Shown here piece after piece: positions 1-10,651 of a stretch of 64,000 nucleotides of DNA. Source of the DNA: an uncultured bacterium (GTDB lineage: Bacteria > Patescibacteriota > Dojkabacteria > J137); the NCBI GenBank assembly GCA_963700155.1, contig OY969472.1:66058-130057 (forward strand), in the 5' to 3' direction. Each line of letters begins with the position of its first letter. The first letter of the stretch is position 1. The notes under the pieces were generated by a model, which was not told the DNA's origin, did no database searches, and saw nothing but the letters and a program-made list of their open reading frames with translations. A program made the position numbers and the translations under genes.

Positions 1-11
1 AGCATGAAAAA

Positions 12-251
12 TTAATATGATATTGGGTATGAGAGTGTGTATGACTGAGGATAAGAAGGAGTAGTTGAAGTCAAATCTCCAGATTTTTCTTCACTGGTAT
101 TATTACTCAAAACAAAAAATAAAACTAAAATTACGATAATTCCTATAATTGCAATAACAATAGTAGAAATAACCATTAATTTTAGGTATTTTTTCTGTTC
201 AAGTTCATTATTATTTGTATTTGTTACAGTTGGCGGAATTGTATTCATCAA
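12..251 (-). CDS. small single-pass membrane protein
   Basis: 79 aa ORF, one hydrophobic segment followed by a Ser/Thr/Pro-rich tail. Confidence 0.55.
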   Translation of the reverse strand: MMNTIPPTVTNTNNNELEQKKYLKLMVISTIVIAIIGIIVILVLFFVLSNNTSEEKSGDLTSTTPSYPQSYTLSYPISY

Positions 252-322
252 ATCTAAAAATTATATAACTTGTCTAATTTTATAATCATTTACTCAAGAA
301 TGGAAGGCTTATAATTCTACTT

Positions 323-928
323 CTACAAAACCTTCTCAACCCCAAATTCATAATCAGGGTTCCATAACATACTTATATAACCTCTGTGCTGTTCTTTTAT
401 CCTCTTAAAACCTATACCCTTAATAAGCTTTCTGATTTTATTCCATTCATCTTTGATATTACTCTTCCCATCATCGCTTTTTAACTCAAATTCTGCAAAG
501 TGTCCTAAATTTGTAACATCATCTAGAACTATTTCAAAATCTTTATATACATAAACTTCTCTTTTTTTCTCAAGTAGTAATTTATCTGTATAACCTAACT
601 TTTCTAATAATTTTAATGACTCATCCGGTTTATTTGTTTGAAACTCTATTTCGTCTATATTCTCAGCGGTATCCAAAATTTGATCTATAGCAAAAATTTT
701 TAAACAAACAGAACCTAAGTTTTCATTTTCAAATCTTACTCTTAAATAATGTTCAGAATCTTTAAAACCTTTTTTATGAGTATAGTAAAAAGTATTTTTA
801 GGATTATTTAAATAAAATTCTTTTTGATAAATTTCTTTTTCAAAACTGGCGTTCTTTTTCAACCAACTTTTTAATTTTTTAATTTCTGAGTCAACTAAAG
901 CTATTTTTATTTCTATCTCTCTTGCCAT
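323..928 (-). CDS. CYTH domain protein (class IV adenylate cyclase / triphosphatase family)
   Basis: N-terminal EIEIK motif, LRVR, KKREVY...LDDVTNLGHFAEFE pattern typical of CYTH; start moved to MAREIEIK. Confidence 0.85.
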   Translation of the reverse strand: MAREIEIKIALVDSEIKKLKSWLKKNASFEKEIYQKEFYLNNPKNTFYYTHKKGFKDSEHYLRVRFENENLGSVCLKIFAIDQILDTAENIDEIEFQTNKPDESLKLLEKLGYTDKLLLEKKREVYVYKDFEIVLDDVTNLGHFAEFELKSDDGKSNIKDEWNKIRKLIKGIGFKRIKEQHRGYISMLWNPDYEFGVEKVL

Positions 929-1045
929 ATTTCTATTTGTAATAAATAAGCATATAATTCTTATCACAGGTATACCTTTTTATATATTAGAATTTAAAAA
1001 ACAACTCTGGTATACTATGAATGTTCTAATTTTAAGCACTATAAA

Positions 1046-2488
1046 GTGATCCGAAGAGTTTTACTATCATTATTAATCTTTTGTGTTTTTGTAGTTATCT
1101 GTGTATATGTAATAGTTACCGCACAAGGTACTAAAATAGACAACAGTGGGAATGTTGTAAATACAAGCATAATAAGAGTTAATAGTATTCCAAAGGATGT
1201 TTCAGTATATATTAATGATAAGCAAGCATCTCTTACCGAGAATCGGGTGGAATGGCTTGAGCCAGGAACAGTAAAAGTAACTTTAAAAAAGAATGGTTAT
1301 ACAACTTGGGAAAAAGAGGTTACTTTAAAAGCTGGCATAATAGAAGATATTTATGCTCAACTTTATCCTGATAAATTAAATTTTGACAAGTTAACTTCAA
1401 TTAATGTTGATAAATTTTTCTTTTCAAATAATACAGATTACATCTTTTATTCTGTAATTAATGCTGTAAATTCAAAAGATAATGGCTTTTGGAGATTAAA
1501 ACTTACTAGGAATTTATTAGACATTGGAGCAATAACACCAACAAAAATATATACATATAATTCTGATGATCTGAAAATGTTAAGAGAAAATACTTATGAA
1601 GCACAAATTTCAGATGATAATTCGAAAGCAATAATCTCTTTACCTGAGGCCAAAATTGCTTATTATCTTGATTTTAATAATCCAGTTTTAATATCACTAA
1701 ATGACATCCTTACGTTCTTTCCATCCCAGATCAATTGGCTTAATAATTCTACAAATGTAGTTGTTACAGATGGGAAATTGCTTATCTATTTAGATGTAAA
1801 TTCGAGACAACAAAATCTCATTTATTATTCCCCAGACAAAAAAATCACATATTCAGTAAATGGGAATAACGTTTATTATTATAGAAATGATAAAGAGAAA
1901 TTGTACGCATATGTCAACGGGCAAAGTACAGAAGTACAATTTCTCGCTGACTTAAATATAAAAAATAAAATTTCAGAAATACTTACTCCTACAAATAACA
2001 ATTCACTAATTTATTTTCTAGCTGGAAATTTATTATATATTTACGATTTAAATAACCATGCTACTTTAAATATTCAAGACGTTAAAGAAGTAAAAGCATT
2101 ATCTTCTAATGGCAAATATCTTGCATTTGAAGATATTGAAGGAAAACTAGAAACTTTAATTTTAAAATCATCAGCTGACTTAAAATCCTATACAAATAAT
2201 ATCTATACTATTTCACTAGATCCTTCGAATTTAGTCAGTCTATCTTATACTCCATCCGGGAATAATTTAATTGGTCTAATCAAAGATACAAAAGGTGATA
2301 ATGCACTATGGTTTATGGATTATGATGGAATGAATCCTGTAAAATTAATTAATGGCGAGAAAATTATTAATAATAATTTTGCAGTTTCAAGTAATGGGTT
2401 AGACCTATATCTTCTTCTGAACGATAGTAGCAATGATGTAACTTCAACTCAAAGCATATATAACTACAGTCTTGAGCTTAATCAATAG
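1046..2488 (+). CDS. PEGA-domain membrane-anchored protein with beta-propeller-like C-terminus
   Basis: N-terminal TM; IRVNSIPKDVSVYIN...LEPG..VTLKKNGYTTWEKEV PEGA signature. Confidence 0.75.
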   Translation: MIRRVLLSLLIFCVFVVICVYVIVTAQGTKIDNSGNVVNTSIIRVNSIPKDVSVYINDKQASLTENRVEWLEPGTVKVTLKKNGYTTWEKEVTLKAGIIEDIYAQLYPDKLNFDKLTSINVDKFFFSNNTDYIFYSVINAVNSKDNGFWRLKLTRNLLDIGAITPTKIYTYNSDDLKMLRENTYEAQISDDNSKAIISLPEAKIAYYLDFNNPVLISLNDILTFFPSQINWLNNSTNVVVTDGKLLIYLDVNSRQQNLIYYSPDKKITYSVNGNNVYYYRNDKEKLYAYVNGQSTEVQFLADLNIKNKISEILTPTNNNSLIYFLAGNLLYIYDLNNHATLNIQDVKEVKALSSNGKYLAFEDIEGKLETLILKSSADLKSYTNNIYTISLDPSNLVSLSYTPSGNNLIGLIKDTKGDNALWFMDYDGMNPVKLINGEKIINNNFAVSSNGLDLYLLLNDSSNDVTSTQSIYNYSLELNQ

Positions 2489-4390
2489 TTAAATATTATT
2501 TACAAAATAATCAGATTCGTCACTTTCACTTCTCATATCAATATTTTTATGCACAACAACTTTACCTTTTTTTGAGTACTCTTCATCTAGTTCCTTCAAT
2601 TTGCTCATTACATCATCGGCTGTATTACAAACAATATAAGTATTTGATTCTGTATCATTCAATTTTAGGGTACTCTTTAAACTTGACATAAGATCGTTCC
2701 AAGATTTACCTAATAGAATTACAGGCTTATGTTGACCAAAGTAAAGATAAGCATTTGCAAGAATTGTAAACAGTAGTGATAAATTAGATAAACCTCTAAC
2801 TTCAGGCAAAATAAACACATCTGAGGATTTTATTAAATATTTAAGTTTTGAATCTAAATCGGAAAATACCGCAGTTGTGTAATTATCAAAATTTAATTTT
2901 GATTTCGGTTCATCAGTATAATCTGAGTAGAATGGTTTCAAGTACACTCCTTTGATTTTTACAGTTTTGTAATCCATAACTTTATTTAATAGATTTTCAC
3001 CATAACCTCTTCCGGAATCTACTGTTATATTTAAATTATTTGAAGCAAGCTTTTCAAAAAGTTTAATTAACTCATCATTCAAACCTTGATTTACAAGATC
3101 AGTATTTAATCCAACTAAAGCCACATTGTCAAATACTTTAAAAGTACCAATACTCTCTTTTTCAGATTCAGGAATTTCTTCAACAACAGGTTTTATAGAT
3201 GTTTCTGGGATATCAGGTTTATCATCATTTTGATATTCATCGTTTACGGCTTTTTCAATATTACTAAAAATTTCTTTGTCTAAATCAGCTTTTTCATCAA
3301 CTGGTCCTCCCTCTACAATTTTTTCTTTTTCAGAATGATCAGGTATATCAGTCCTTTCTGGATTTATAGTTTCAGAACCTTCTTCTTGATCCTTGTTTTC
3401 GAGAGATGAAACATCTCCTTCTTTTTGTTGATCTGTACTCTCAGGAACTTCCTCTTCATTTCCTACAACTAAAGTGTCTTTGATTGCATTTTCCGGTTCC
3501 GATTTACTAACATTATTTGCATCTGTTAAAACATCTGTGTTGTTAGAATCATTAGATTCTGTCAAAGGTTTACTTAAATTATCTTCTACTTTACTACTTG
3601 TCTCTTGTAAATCATTAATATTTGTAGATTCTGGTGTTGTAACTTTATTTTCACTCTGATCATTGGTATCTAACGTAGATGATTCAGGTAAAGTATTTGT
3701 TTCAACTTCAGTTGTTGGCAAATTTTCTGTCTGAACAGGTAAACTTTCCGTTGAAACTTGTTGAGGAACTACGTCTTGATCAAAATCTGGTTTATATTGT
3801 AAATATTCTGAGCTTTGTTCTTGCTGACCTTGAGGGGCAGCTGCAGAAGAAGCTTGAGTCATATCAGGTAATTCTGGCAGCTGCCCCTCTTGTGTTGTGG
3901 GTGCTACACTAGAATCACTTTGAACTTGCTGTACAGATGTATCAACTTGAGGATTATTTGAGATATCTTGTACTTGTTCAACTACTGGCTGTGTTACAGC
4001 TTGAGAATAATCTGTTTGAACTGGAGCACTTGAGTTTGTATCCTCTCCAGGTAAAGGTGGTAAATCTCCTGAATAATTTTGGTTTTGTGATGAATTATCA
4101 TATGTTGATAAATTAGGATTTGGATTAAAAGTTTGACTATTAGGTGTATATTCAGAATTTAATGTATCAGTACCAGTTGGATACTGTGCTGGTAAAGGCT
4201 GAACTGAAGATGACATCTGGTCTTGAGTAGGTTGTTGCATTGGATACTTGACTTCAGAAAATGGAGTAGATACTAACCTATCGCCTTGTTGTGAGTCATC
4301 TTGAACTGTAGTTTGAACAGAAGTACCATTTTGTACTTGTGAATTATTTGTACCTGAACTTGATTTGGTAATAAAATCGAACAATCCCAT
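2489..4390 (-). CDS. low-complexity Gln/Ser/Thr/Glu-rich protein with C-terminal LOG/DprA-like Rossmann domain
   Basis: disordered ~410 aa N-terminus; C-terminal SDVFILPE...KPVILLGKSW resembles LOG family with degenerate PGGxGT motif. Confidence 0.55.
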   Translation of the reverse strand: MGLFDFITKSSSGTNNSQVQNGTSVQTTVQDDSQQGDRLVSTPFSEVKYPMQQPTQDQMSSSVQPLPAQYPTGTDTLNSEYTPNSQTFNPNPNLSTYDNSSQNQNYSGDLPPLPGEDTNSSAPVQTDYSQAVTQPVVEQVQDISNNPQVDTSVQQVQSDSSVAPTTQEGQLPELPDMTQASSAAAPQGQQEQSSEYLQYKPDFDQDVVPQQVSTESLPVQTENLPTTEVETNTLPESSTLDTNDQSENKVTTPESTNINDLQETSSKVEDNLSKPLTESNDSNNTDVLTDANNVSKSEPENAIKDTLVVGNEEEVPESTDQQKEGDVSSLENKDQEEGSETINPERTDIPDHSEKEKIVEGGPVDEKADLDKEIFSNIEKAVNDEYQNDDKPDIPETSIKPVVEEIPESEKESIGTFKVFDNVALVGLNTDLVNQGLNDELIKLFEKLASNNLNITVDSGRGYGENLLNKVMDYKTVKIKGVYLKPFYSDYTDEPKSKLNFDNYTTAVFSDLDSKLKYLIKSSDVFILPEVRGLSNLSLLFTILANAYLYFGQHKPVILLGKSWNDLMSSLKSTLKLNDTESNTYIVCNTADDVMSKLKELDEEYSKKGKVVVHKNIDMRSESDESDYFVNNI

Positions 4391-4495
4391 CTTTTTTAAT
4401 TAATATCTATTATAGATGAATTAGCTATAAATCCACCTTCAAGTTCAGGATACAGGAAGTAAAAATAAAATGCAATGAAGTAGTGATTTAAGAAT

Positions 4496-5041
4496 TTAAC
4501 TTTCAATACCTTTAATTAGAGAATGAACACCTCGCTCGATTGATCGATTTCTATGTAATAAATTTTCTGCAGTTCCAATAATTCCACCAGATTTTTCATT
4601 TATTATTCTGTTTAAGTTTGATAAATTAGGTTTAAATTCACCAATACTACCAATGATTAATGAATCATCAACTACACTTTCAAAAATTACTCCTAAGACT
4701 CTTGAAACCCATATTCTATGATGACCATTTCTAATAATTACACAATCAATTTTTTTACCATTTGAATTAATTCGAGAGAAGGGAACAATAATTGCTGGAT
4801 AATAAAGAATACCTGGAGTAGCGAGATTATGAATTTTAATCTGATCATTTAAAGAAAAATAACCATTATTAATAACTCCTTTTTCAAAAGCCAAATTGAT
4901 AAACGCTATAGCTCTTCCGAGCTTCTCACTGTCCCATGTTTCCTGAGTCGTATAAATTCTATCATTCATTTCTGAGCCAGGATTTATGTTAATAGTCTCA
5001 ACTTCATTTAGATTATTTTCTACAAGTCCTAATAGTCGCAC
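4496..5041 (-). CDS. hypothetical protein, ParB/Srx N-terminal-like
   Basis: PAIIV...VIIRNGHHR motif; paralog of adjacent ORF. Confidence 0.5.
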   Translation of the reverse strand: MRLLGLVENNLNEVETININPGSEMNDRIYTTQETWDSEKLGRAIAFINLAFEKGVINNGYFSLNDQIKIHNLATPGILYYPAIIVPFSRINSNGKKIDCVIIRNGHHRIWVSRVLGVIFESVVDDSLIIGSIGEFKPNLSNLNRIINEKSGGIIGTAENLLHRNRSIERGVHSLIKGIES

Positions 5042-5081
5042 AATAATTGTTTAATATATATTAGATATATTATACAATTTA

Positions 5082-5633
5082 TTACTGTTCCATTCTAGCT
5101 AAATATAGTGTTATTTGACTATAAACCCATCTATTAAAGTTTATATGATTATCTTCGCCTCCTACTTTCTTTAAGGTTTTTTCACTCATTATTTCATTGA
5201 GCTCACGTAAACTTCTAGCATTTCCTATCTCAATTACTCCTGAATTTACATCCAAATCAACCTCTATTGGAATATTAAAAGTTCTTGCAATATTTATTCT
5301 ATGATGACCACCAAAAATTACGAAACATAAAATGTGATTATTTTTACTATCTATCCTGTCAAAAGGAATAAGAGTTGGTGCATCATAGTTCCCACTGCTA
5401 TAATAACGAAGAAATGCTTCTCTTTGTTTCTCGATTGTAAAAATTTCCCCAGGTTTTAAAATATTGCTTGCAAAAGCAAAGTTAAAAAACTTAAATGTAT
5501 CAACTATACTACTACCTTCAATCCAGTTCTGAGTACTATACAAATTTTTAAACGTATCATCATTTGGCATAAGTACTACTGTCCCTTTATTCAATATTTC
5601 ATATAAGAACTTTTTTCTATCTTGACTATACAT
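5082..5633 (-). CDS. hypothetical protein, ParB/Srx N-terminal-like
   Basis: PTLIP...VIFGGHHR motif; paralog of adjacent ORF. Confidence 0.5.
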   Translation of the reverse strand: MYSQDRKKFLYEILNKGTVVLMPNDDTFKNLYSTQNWIEGSSIVDTFKFFNFAFASNILKPGEIFTIEKQREAFLRYYSSGNYDAPTLIPFDRIDSKNNHILCFVIFGGHHRINIARTFNIPIEVDLDVNSGVIEIGNARSLRELNEIMSEKTLKKVGGEDNHINFNRWVYSQITLYLARMEQ

Positions 5634-5644
5634 AATCGGCAAAT

Positions 5645-5785
5645 AATAAAAAAACCTCCCTTTCGGGAGGCTTTGAATTTAACTTAATTAATTCTTATAG
5701 CGCTAAATACCTCCCATAGCTTATCTTTCCTAAAATGAGGACAAGAATGAGAGAAATAATTTTGTTTAAAGAATTTTTATTCATT
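5645..5785 (-). promoter_or_regulatory. putative leader-peptide transcription attenuator
   Basis: short ORF 5785-5684, terminator CCTCCC-GAAA-GGGAGG+U7 at 5648-5670, competing GGGAGGT at 5709-5715. Confidence 0.55.
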
Positions 5786-5953
5786 ATTTTGTTGCTTATT
5801 ATTAATAACGAAACAGGACGATTATATTTTAAAGTATTTTATATTTCAAGATAAAAATTATCTATTTTTCAACTATTTTATATTTATCTATAGACATTTT
5901 AAGTACTTTTTAATAAACTCTGATTGTTAATATTCAAATTAGTAAAAGAATTT

Positions 5954-7378
5954 ATGGCTGAAAGATTAGAAATTCCAACAATCGTAAATATTACTTCAAC
6001 AGTAGAAAAAATTAAAAATGGAGAAATTAAAGTCATTGATTTAATTCAAGAACATTTAAACCGTGCAAAAGAAGTTAATCCTAGGATTAATGCTTTTATA
6101 ACAATTTTCGATGAATCTATAGAAAAAGCTAAAGAATTAGACAAAAAGATTAAGAATAAAGATGAATCGGTAATTAAACTTAAACTTTTAGGAATACCCT
6201 TCACAGCAAAAGACTTATATTTAGTAGAAAATACAAGAACAACATTTTCTTCAAAAATCACTGAAAATTTTATTGCTCCATATACTTCAACAGTAGTTAA
6301 GAAATGTTTGGACGAAGGAGCAATTCTAATTGGGAAAACAAATTCAGATCCATGGGGTTTTGGAGGTAGCGGAGAAAACTCTGGTTATGGACCAACAAAA
6401 CATCCTTTAGACTTTACAAAGACACCTGGAGGCTCCAGCGCAGGCGCTGGAGCCTCCTTATTAGCAGGAGTCGGCTTTTTTGCATTGGCTACTGACACTG
6501 GTGGTTCAACAAGATTACCAGCCTCTTTTTGCGGATTATATGGACTAAAGCCGACTTATGGAAGGAATTCAAGATATGGAATTGGTTCGATGGGCTCTTC
6601 TTTTGATACTCCTGGATTTTTAACAAGGCATATTGAAGATGTTGCGCTTCTTGAAGAAATTATGGCTGGTAAAGATATTAACGACTCAAGTACCTATGAA
6701 ATTCCTAATGAATATTTACCAAAATCTGAGTCTAAAATTAAAATAGGAATTCCTAAACAATACTTTGAAGAAGGTTTAGCACAAGAAGTAAGAAATGAAA
6801 TTGAAAATAAAATCCAAGAATTAAAAAATAAAGGATTTGAAATTAAAGATGTTTCACTTCCAAGTACAAAATATGGACTTGCAGCTTATTATATTCTAGT
6901 TCCTTCAGAGATTTCATCAAATAGAGCTAAATATGATGGAGTTAGATTTGGTCAGAAAGTAAGTGATAATTATGAAGAGAACATGATACAAAGCAGAAGT
7001 AAATATCTCGAAGATGAAGTTAAACGAAGAATCATGATAGGGACTTATTCTTTGAGTGCTGGTTATGCTGATAAATACTATCTACAAGCTAGTAAAGTTA
7101 GAACAAAATTAAAAAGAGAATTCAATAAAGTTTTTGAAGAAGTTGACTATCTAATCGCCCCCGTATCTCCTCTAACAGCTTTTAATCTTGGAGAAAAGTC
7201 TATGGATCCTGTTCAAATGTATCTAGTTGATATCTATACAGTAACAGCAAATCTTGTTGGTATTCCATCAATTGCTATCCCCTTAGGAAAAGACAATAAT
7301 AATCTTCCTGTTGGTTTTCAATTAATGGGTAAAAAATTCTCTGAACCAGAGCTTATACAAACAGCTTCAATGTTGTAA
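5954..7378 (+). CDS. gatA: Asp-tRNA(Asn)/Glu-tRNA(Gln) amidotransferase subunit A
   Basis: amidase signature PGGSSAG, TDTGGSTRLPASFCG, KPTYGR, YDGVRFG, EVKRRIMIGTY. Confidence 0.95.
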   Translation: MAERLEIPTIVNITSTVEKIKNGEIKVIDLIQEHLNRAKEVNPRINAFITIFDESIEKAKELDKKIKNKDESVIKLKLLGIPFTAKDLYLVENTRTTFSSKITENFIAPYTSTVVKKCLDEGAILIGKTNSDPWGFGGSGENSGYGPTKHPLDFTKTPGGSSAGAGASLLAGVGFFALATDTGGSTRLPASFCGLYGLKPTYGRNSRYGIGSMGSSFDTPGFLTRHIEDVALLEEIMAGKDINDSSTYEIPNEYLPKSESKIKIGIPKQYFEEGLAQEVRNEIENKIQELKNKGFEIKDVSLPSTKYGLAAYYILVPSEISSNRAKYDGVRFGQKVSDNYEENMIQSRSKYLEDEVKRRIMIGTYSLSAGYADKYYLQASKVRTKLKREFNKVFEEVDYLIAPVSPLTAFNLGEKSMDPVQMYLVDIYTVTANLVGIPSIAIPLGKDNNNLPVGFQLMGKKFSEPELIQTASML

Positions 7379-7427
7379 TGTAAAATAATTTTCATTATTA
7401 TGTGTTCATAGCTATTATTTTGAAATA

Positions 7428-8060
7428 ATGAAGAAAGTTTTTATTCTATTGTTTATTTTTGGAATTTTTTTAACATTTGGAATACGAACAGATGCTTTTA
7501 CAGCTGATCCAAATAGCGGAGAATATACTCAAGATACAACTTTAACTTTAGAACTCAAAGCTAAACCTCAAGGGAATGAAAATGCAGTGAGTATTGATCT
7601 ATTAGCTGAAGGTTTAACAATTACTAACTATACTCCACCATCAAGTTCTGATTGGATAGGTAATACATCTGATTGTTCAAACGGTCAGTTATATTCATCT
7701 GACAGAGTCTGTACTAGCATGGCCAAATCTTCAAAAATAGAGGATGGAGAATCTCTTGGAACGATAACAGTACAAATAAAAGGTTCTACATATGGGAAAA
7801 TAACTAAAGGATCAAACAATCTTTATTCTGATTCAACAAATCTAAGAAATGACTTAGGAACATTAGCCGAGTTTAATAAGACTTTTCAAAATAATAATTC
7901 AAGTTCACAGTTACTAAATATACAAATTAGTGAAAATTTACAACCAATACTTATAGCCCTAACATTAGCATTCATTGTAATTTTACTTGTTTTAATGTTT
8001 CTACCAAAAATAAAAACTGTCTTATCAAGCCGTAATGGTGAAAATCCAGGACCGTTTTAA
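7428..8060 (+). CDS. secreted, C-terminally membrane-anchored cohesin-like beta-sandwich protein
   Basis: signal peptide, beta-rich core (GESLGTITVQIK), C-terminal TM helix. Confidence 0.5.
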   Translation: MKKVFILLFIFGIFLTFGIRTDAFTADPNSGEYTQDTTLTLELKAKPQGNENAVSIDLLAEGLTITNYTPPSSSDWIGNTSDCSNGQLYSSDRVCTSMAKSSKIEDGESLGTITVQIKGSTYGKITKGSNNLYSDSTNLRNDLGTLAEFNKTFQNNNSSSQLLNIQISENLQPILIALTLAFIVILLVLMFLPKIKTVLSSRNGENPGPF

Positions 8061-8077
8061 TATTAAAATTTACTCTT

Positions 8078-9058
8078 GTGAATATTAAGAAACCAATTCC
8101 AAGAATTCTAAGTTTGCTTTTAGCAATATCGATGCTTGGGTTAATCGGTCTAGTAATCTTTTTCAGAACTCAGACTGAAAATAATAACGCTCCAAATGAT
8201 TCAAATGCAATTTTTGGAGGACGACTAGAAAATGGTTATGAATTTGCAGGTTATGTAATTTCGGATAAAGTAACGAGTATAGAAATTTGTAGTGCAATAA
8301 TAGTATCTCCTACTCAGGCAATAACTGCTGCACACTGCTTAGATAATGATGGGCAGAAATTCGTAGGAATTGGTTCTTATACTAGTGAGGCAACTCAATA
8401 TTATAATGTAGACAGAGTAGTCATACATCCAAATTGGCTTACATTTAATAAAATAGGGAATGATCTTGGGATAATTATCTTAAAAGATCCAATTATACTT
8501 GATCAATATGCTGAAATTGCACAACCTGAAGCTGGATGTAATTATGTAGTTGTCGGTTACGGAAAGCAGAGCAATTTAGATAGTTTTACTCCTTTAAGAA
8601 AAAGTACAGATGTGTGTATAGAAAGTACAGACTATCTTGGTAATGCTATTAGTTTTAGTGGTAGACAAGGAGGATTATGTTTTGGTGATAGTGGAAGTGC
8701 TGTATTTGAAAAAGGTACAAATAAATTTGTTACGATAGCCTCAAGTATTGATTCTTGTTATATAAACAATTTTGCTGCCGGAGCGCAAATTTATCAAAAG
8801 ATAAATTTGCGCAATTCAAGTTTTGAAGATTCCTCAACCGAAGCAGTCCAGTGTGGTTACATTGATACACAAAATAATGGAGTTATAGACAAAGATGATT
8901 TGAAAGCCTTTGTTGGTGACTACCTTAAATATTGTGATAACAAAGGCTTAAATATTACTTTACAATGTGGGCTAAAAGATTCTAACCAGGATAATGTTAT
9001 TAACCTTGTAGATTTGGGACATTTTGCAAAGCTTTATACTGCAGGGACTTGTCTATGA
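8078..9058 (+). CDS. trypsin-like (S1) serine protease with C-terminal dockerin-like domain
   Basis: TAAHC, NDLGII, CFGDSGS triad motifs; two Ca-loop repeats DTQNNGVIDKDDL and DSNQDNVINLVDL. Confidence 0.85.
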   Translation: MNIKKPIPRILSLLLAISMLGLIGLVIFFRTQTENNNAPNDSNAIFGGRLENGYEFAGYVISDKVTSIEICSAIIVSPTQAITAAHCLDNDGQKFVGIGSYTSEATQYYNVDRVVIHPNWLTFNKIGNDLGIIILKDPIILDQYAEIAQPEAGCNYVVVGYGKQSNLDSFTPLRKSTDVCIESTDYLGNAISFSGRQGGLCFGDSGSAVFEKGTNKFVTIASSIDSCYINNFAAGAQIYQKINLRNSSFEDSSTEAVQCGYIDTQNNGVIDKDDLKAFVGDYLKYCDNKGLNITLQCGLKDSNQDNVINLVDLGHFAKLYTAGTCL

Positions 9059-9061
9059 AAA

Positions 9062-10498
9062 TTATTTTTCACCAACTACCTGACCTTCTGAAGTATCTTT
9101 AACTATAATTCCAAATTCATTTAAAAGTTTATCTCTTATTTTATCTGATTTTGCCCAATCTTTATTTATTCTTGCGATATTTCTTTCTTCAAGTAAAATT
9201 TTAGCTTCATTTGATATTTCTAATTCTTTTGGATTCTCTATACTCTCTACTAAATTCAACCCTAATACTTTATCAAAATCCTGAATTGTTACTAATTTAA
9301 TTTGAGCAGATAGACTAGACTTTGTAAGTTCCCAAACAATAGAAAGAGCTTCAGGAATATTAAAATCATTTTCTAAAGCTTCAACAAATTTATTTTTAAA
9401 TTCAGAGGAGGGTAGAGCACTTTCAGAATTTTGACCCTTCACTTCCCTGCTCCAGTCTGTTACAAAATTTATTAGACGGTTATATGCAACCTTCGCTGCT
9501 TCCAAACCTTCCCAAGTAAAATTTTGTTTTGAACGATAGTGAGCTTGTAAGAAAAAATATCGCAAGACTAGAGGATTGTAACCTTTTTCGATTATACTTG
9601 AAAGGTTATAAACATTACCTAGTGATTTACTCATCTTAGTTCCGTCAACATCAAGATGTTCATTATGAACCCAGTAATTTACATATTTAACACCATTTGC
9701 AGACTCGCTTTGAGCGATCTCGTTTGTATGATGAGTTGGTATGTGCTCTACCCCGCCCATATGAATATCGATTGTATCGCCTAGATTGGCCTTCACCATC
9801 GCAGAACATTCAATATGCCAACCTGGGAACCCATTACCTTTTTCAACTTCAGGAGATTCAAATGGTGAAGGCCAATACTGTAAAGCATTCTTATGAGCCT
9901 CTGTTTTAAAGAACCATAAAGCGAAATCCTCTGGATTTCGCTTGTTTGTTTCAGTAATTTCTCCATGACCTTCTCCTACTTTATTCATTTCAAGGTTTTG
10001 CCCACTTAGCTTAGTATAGTCAGGAAACTTCGACACATCAAAATATATCGCTTCAGGTGTCAAATAGGCAAAACCTTTATCTAAAAGTACCTTTACCATT
10101 TCAATCATTGGCTGAATATAGTCTGTTGCTCTTGCAGAAATTGTTGGTGGCAAAGTATTTAATAAATTCACATCTTTATCAAATTCTTCGATATATTTGT
10201 CAGCAATCTCCTGTGGGGTTAAACCTTCCCGCTTTGCTCCTTTCTCCATCTTATCTTCACCTTCATCAGCATCAGAAGTTAAATGACCAAAATCTGTATA
10301 GTTTCTTACATATTTAACATCATATCCAAGATAAATTAGACTTCGTCTTATCAAATCTCCCATCACCATCGCTCTCATATTCCCAATATGTTGAGTCCAA
10401 TAAACTGTAGGTCCACATTGATAAAATCTTACTTTACCTTCTTCTATCGGTTGAAAAACTTGAAGCTCTCTTCCCAATGTGTTGAATACTTTTAGCAT
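9062..10498 (-). CDS. cysS: cysteine--tRNA ligase
   Basis: CGPTVY, HIGN, PGWHIECSAM, KMSKS. Confidence 0.97.
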   Translation of the reverse strand: MLKVFNTLGRELQVFQPIEEGKVRFYQCGPTVYWTQHIGNMRAMVMGDLIRRSLIYLGYDVKYVRNYTDFGHLTSDADEGEDKMEKGAKREGLTPQEIADKYIEEFDKDVNLLNTLPPTISARATDYIQPMIEMVKVLLDKGFAYLTPEAIYFDVSKFPDYTKLSGQNLEMNKVGEGHGEITETNKRNPEDFALWFFKTEAHKNALQYWPSPFESPEVEKGNGFPGWHIECSAMVKANLGDTIDIHMGGVEHIPTHHTNEIAQSESANGVKYVNYWVHNEHLDVDGTKMSKSLGNVYNLSSIIEKGYNPLVLRYFFLQAHYRSKQNFTWEGLEAAKVAYNRLINFVTDWSREVKGQNSESALPSSEFKNKFVEALENDFNIPEALSIVWELTKSSLSAQIKLVTIQDFDKVLGLNLVESIENPKELEISNEAKILLEERNIARINKDWAKSDKIRDKLLNEFGIIVKDTSEGQVVGEK

Positions 10499-10651
10499 AA
10501 TGTAAACTTAACAATTACCAGATTATACACTGTTAGTTATTTAATTTCAGTTCCAATGATTATTAATGCATTAATGTTGAATATACTTATAAATACAATA
10601 TATAGAAGGCACTTATCTGTGTACTTTTTGTGTATTTTACGTGCTTTCTAT

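Noticed and set aside
10499-10651. T-box or leader peptide upstream of cysS
   Set aside because: No T-box motif, Cys-rich uORF or terminator found
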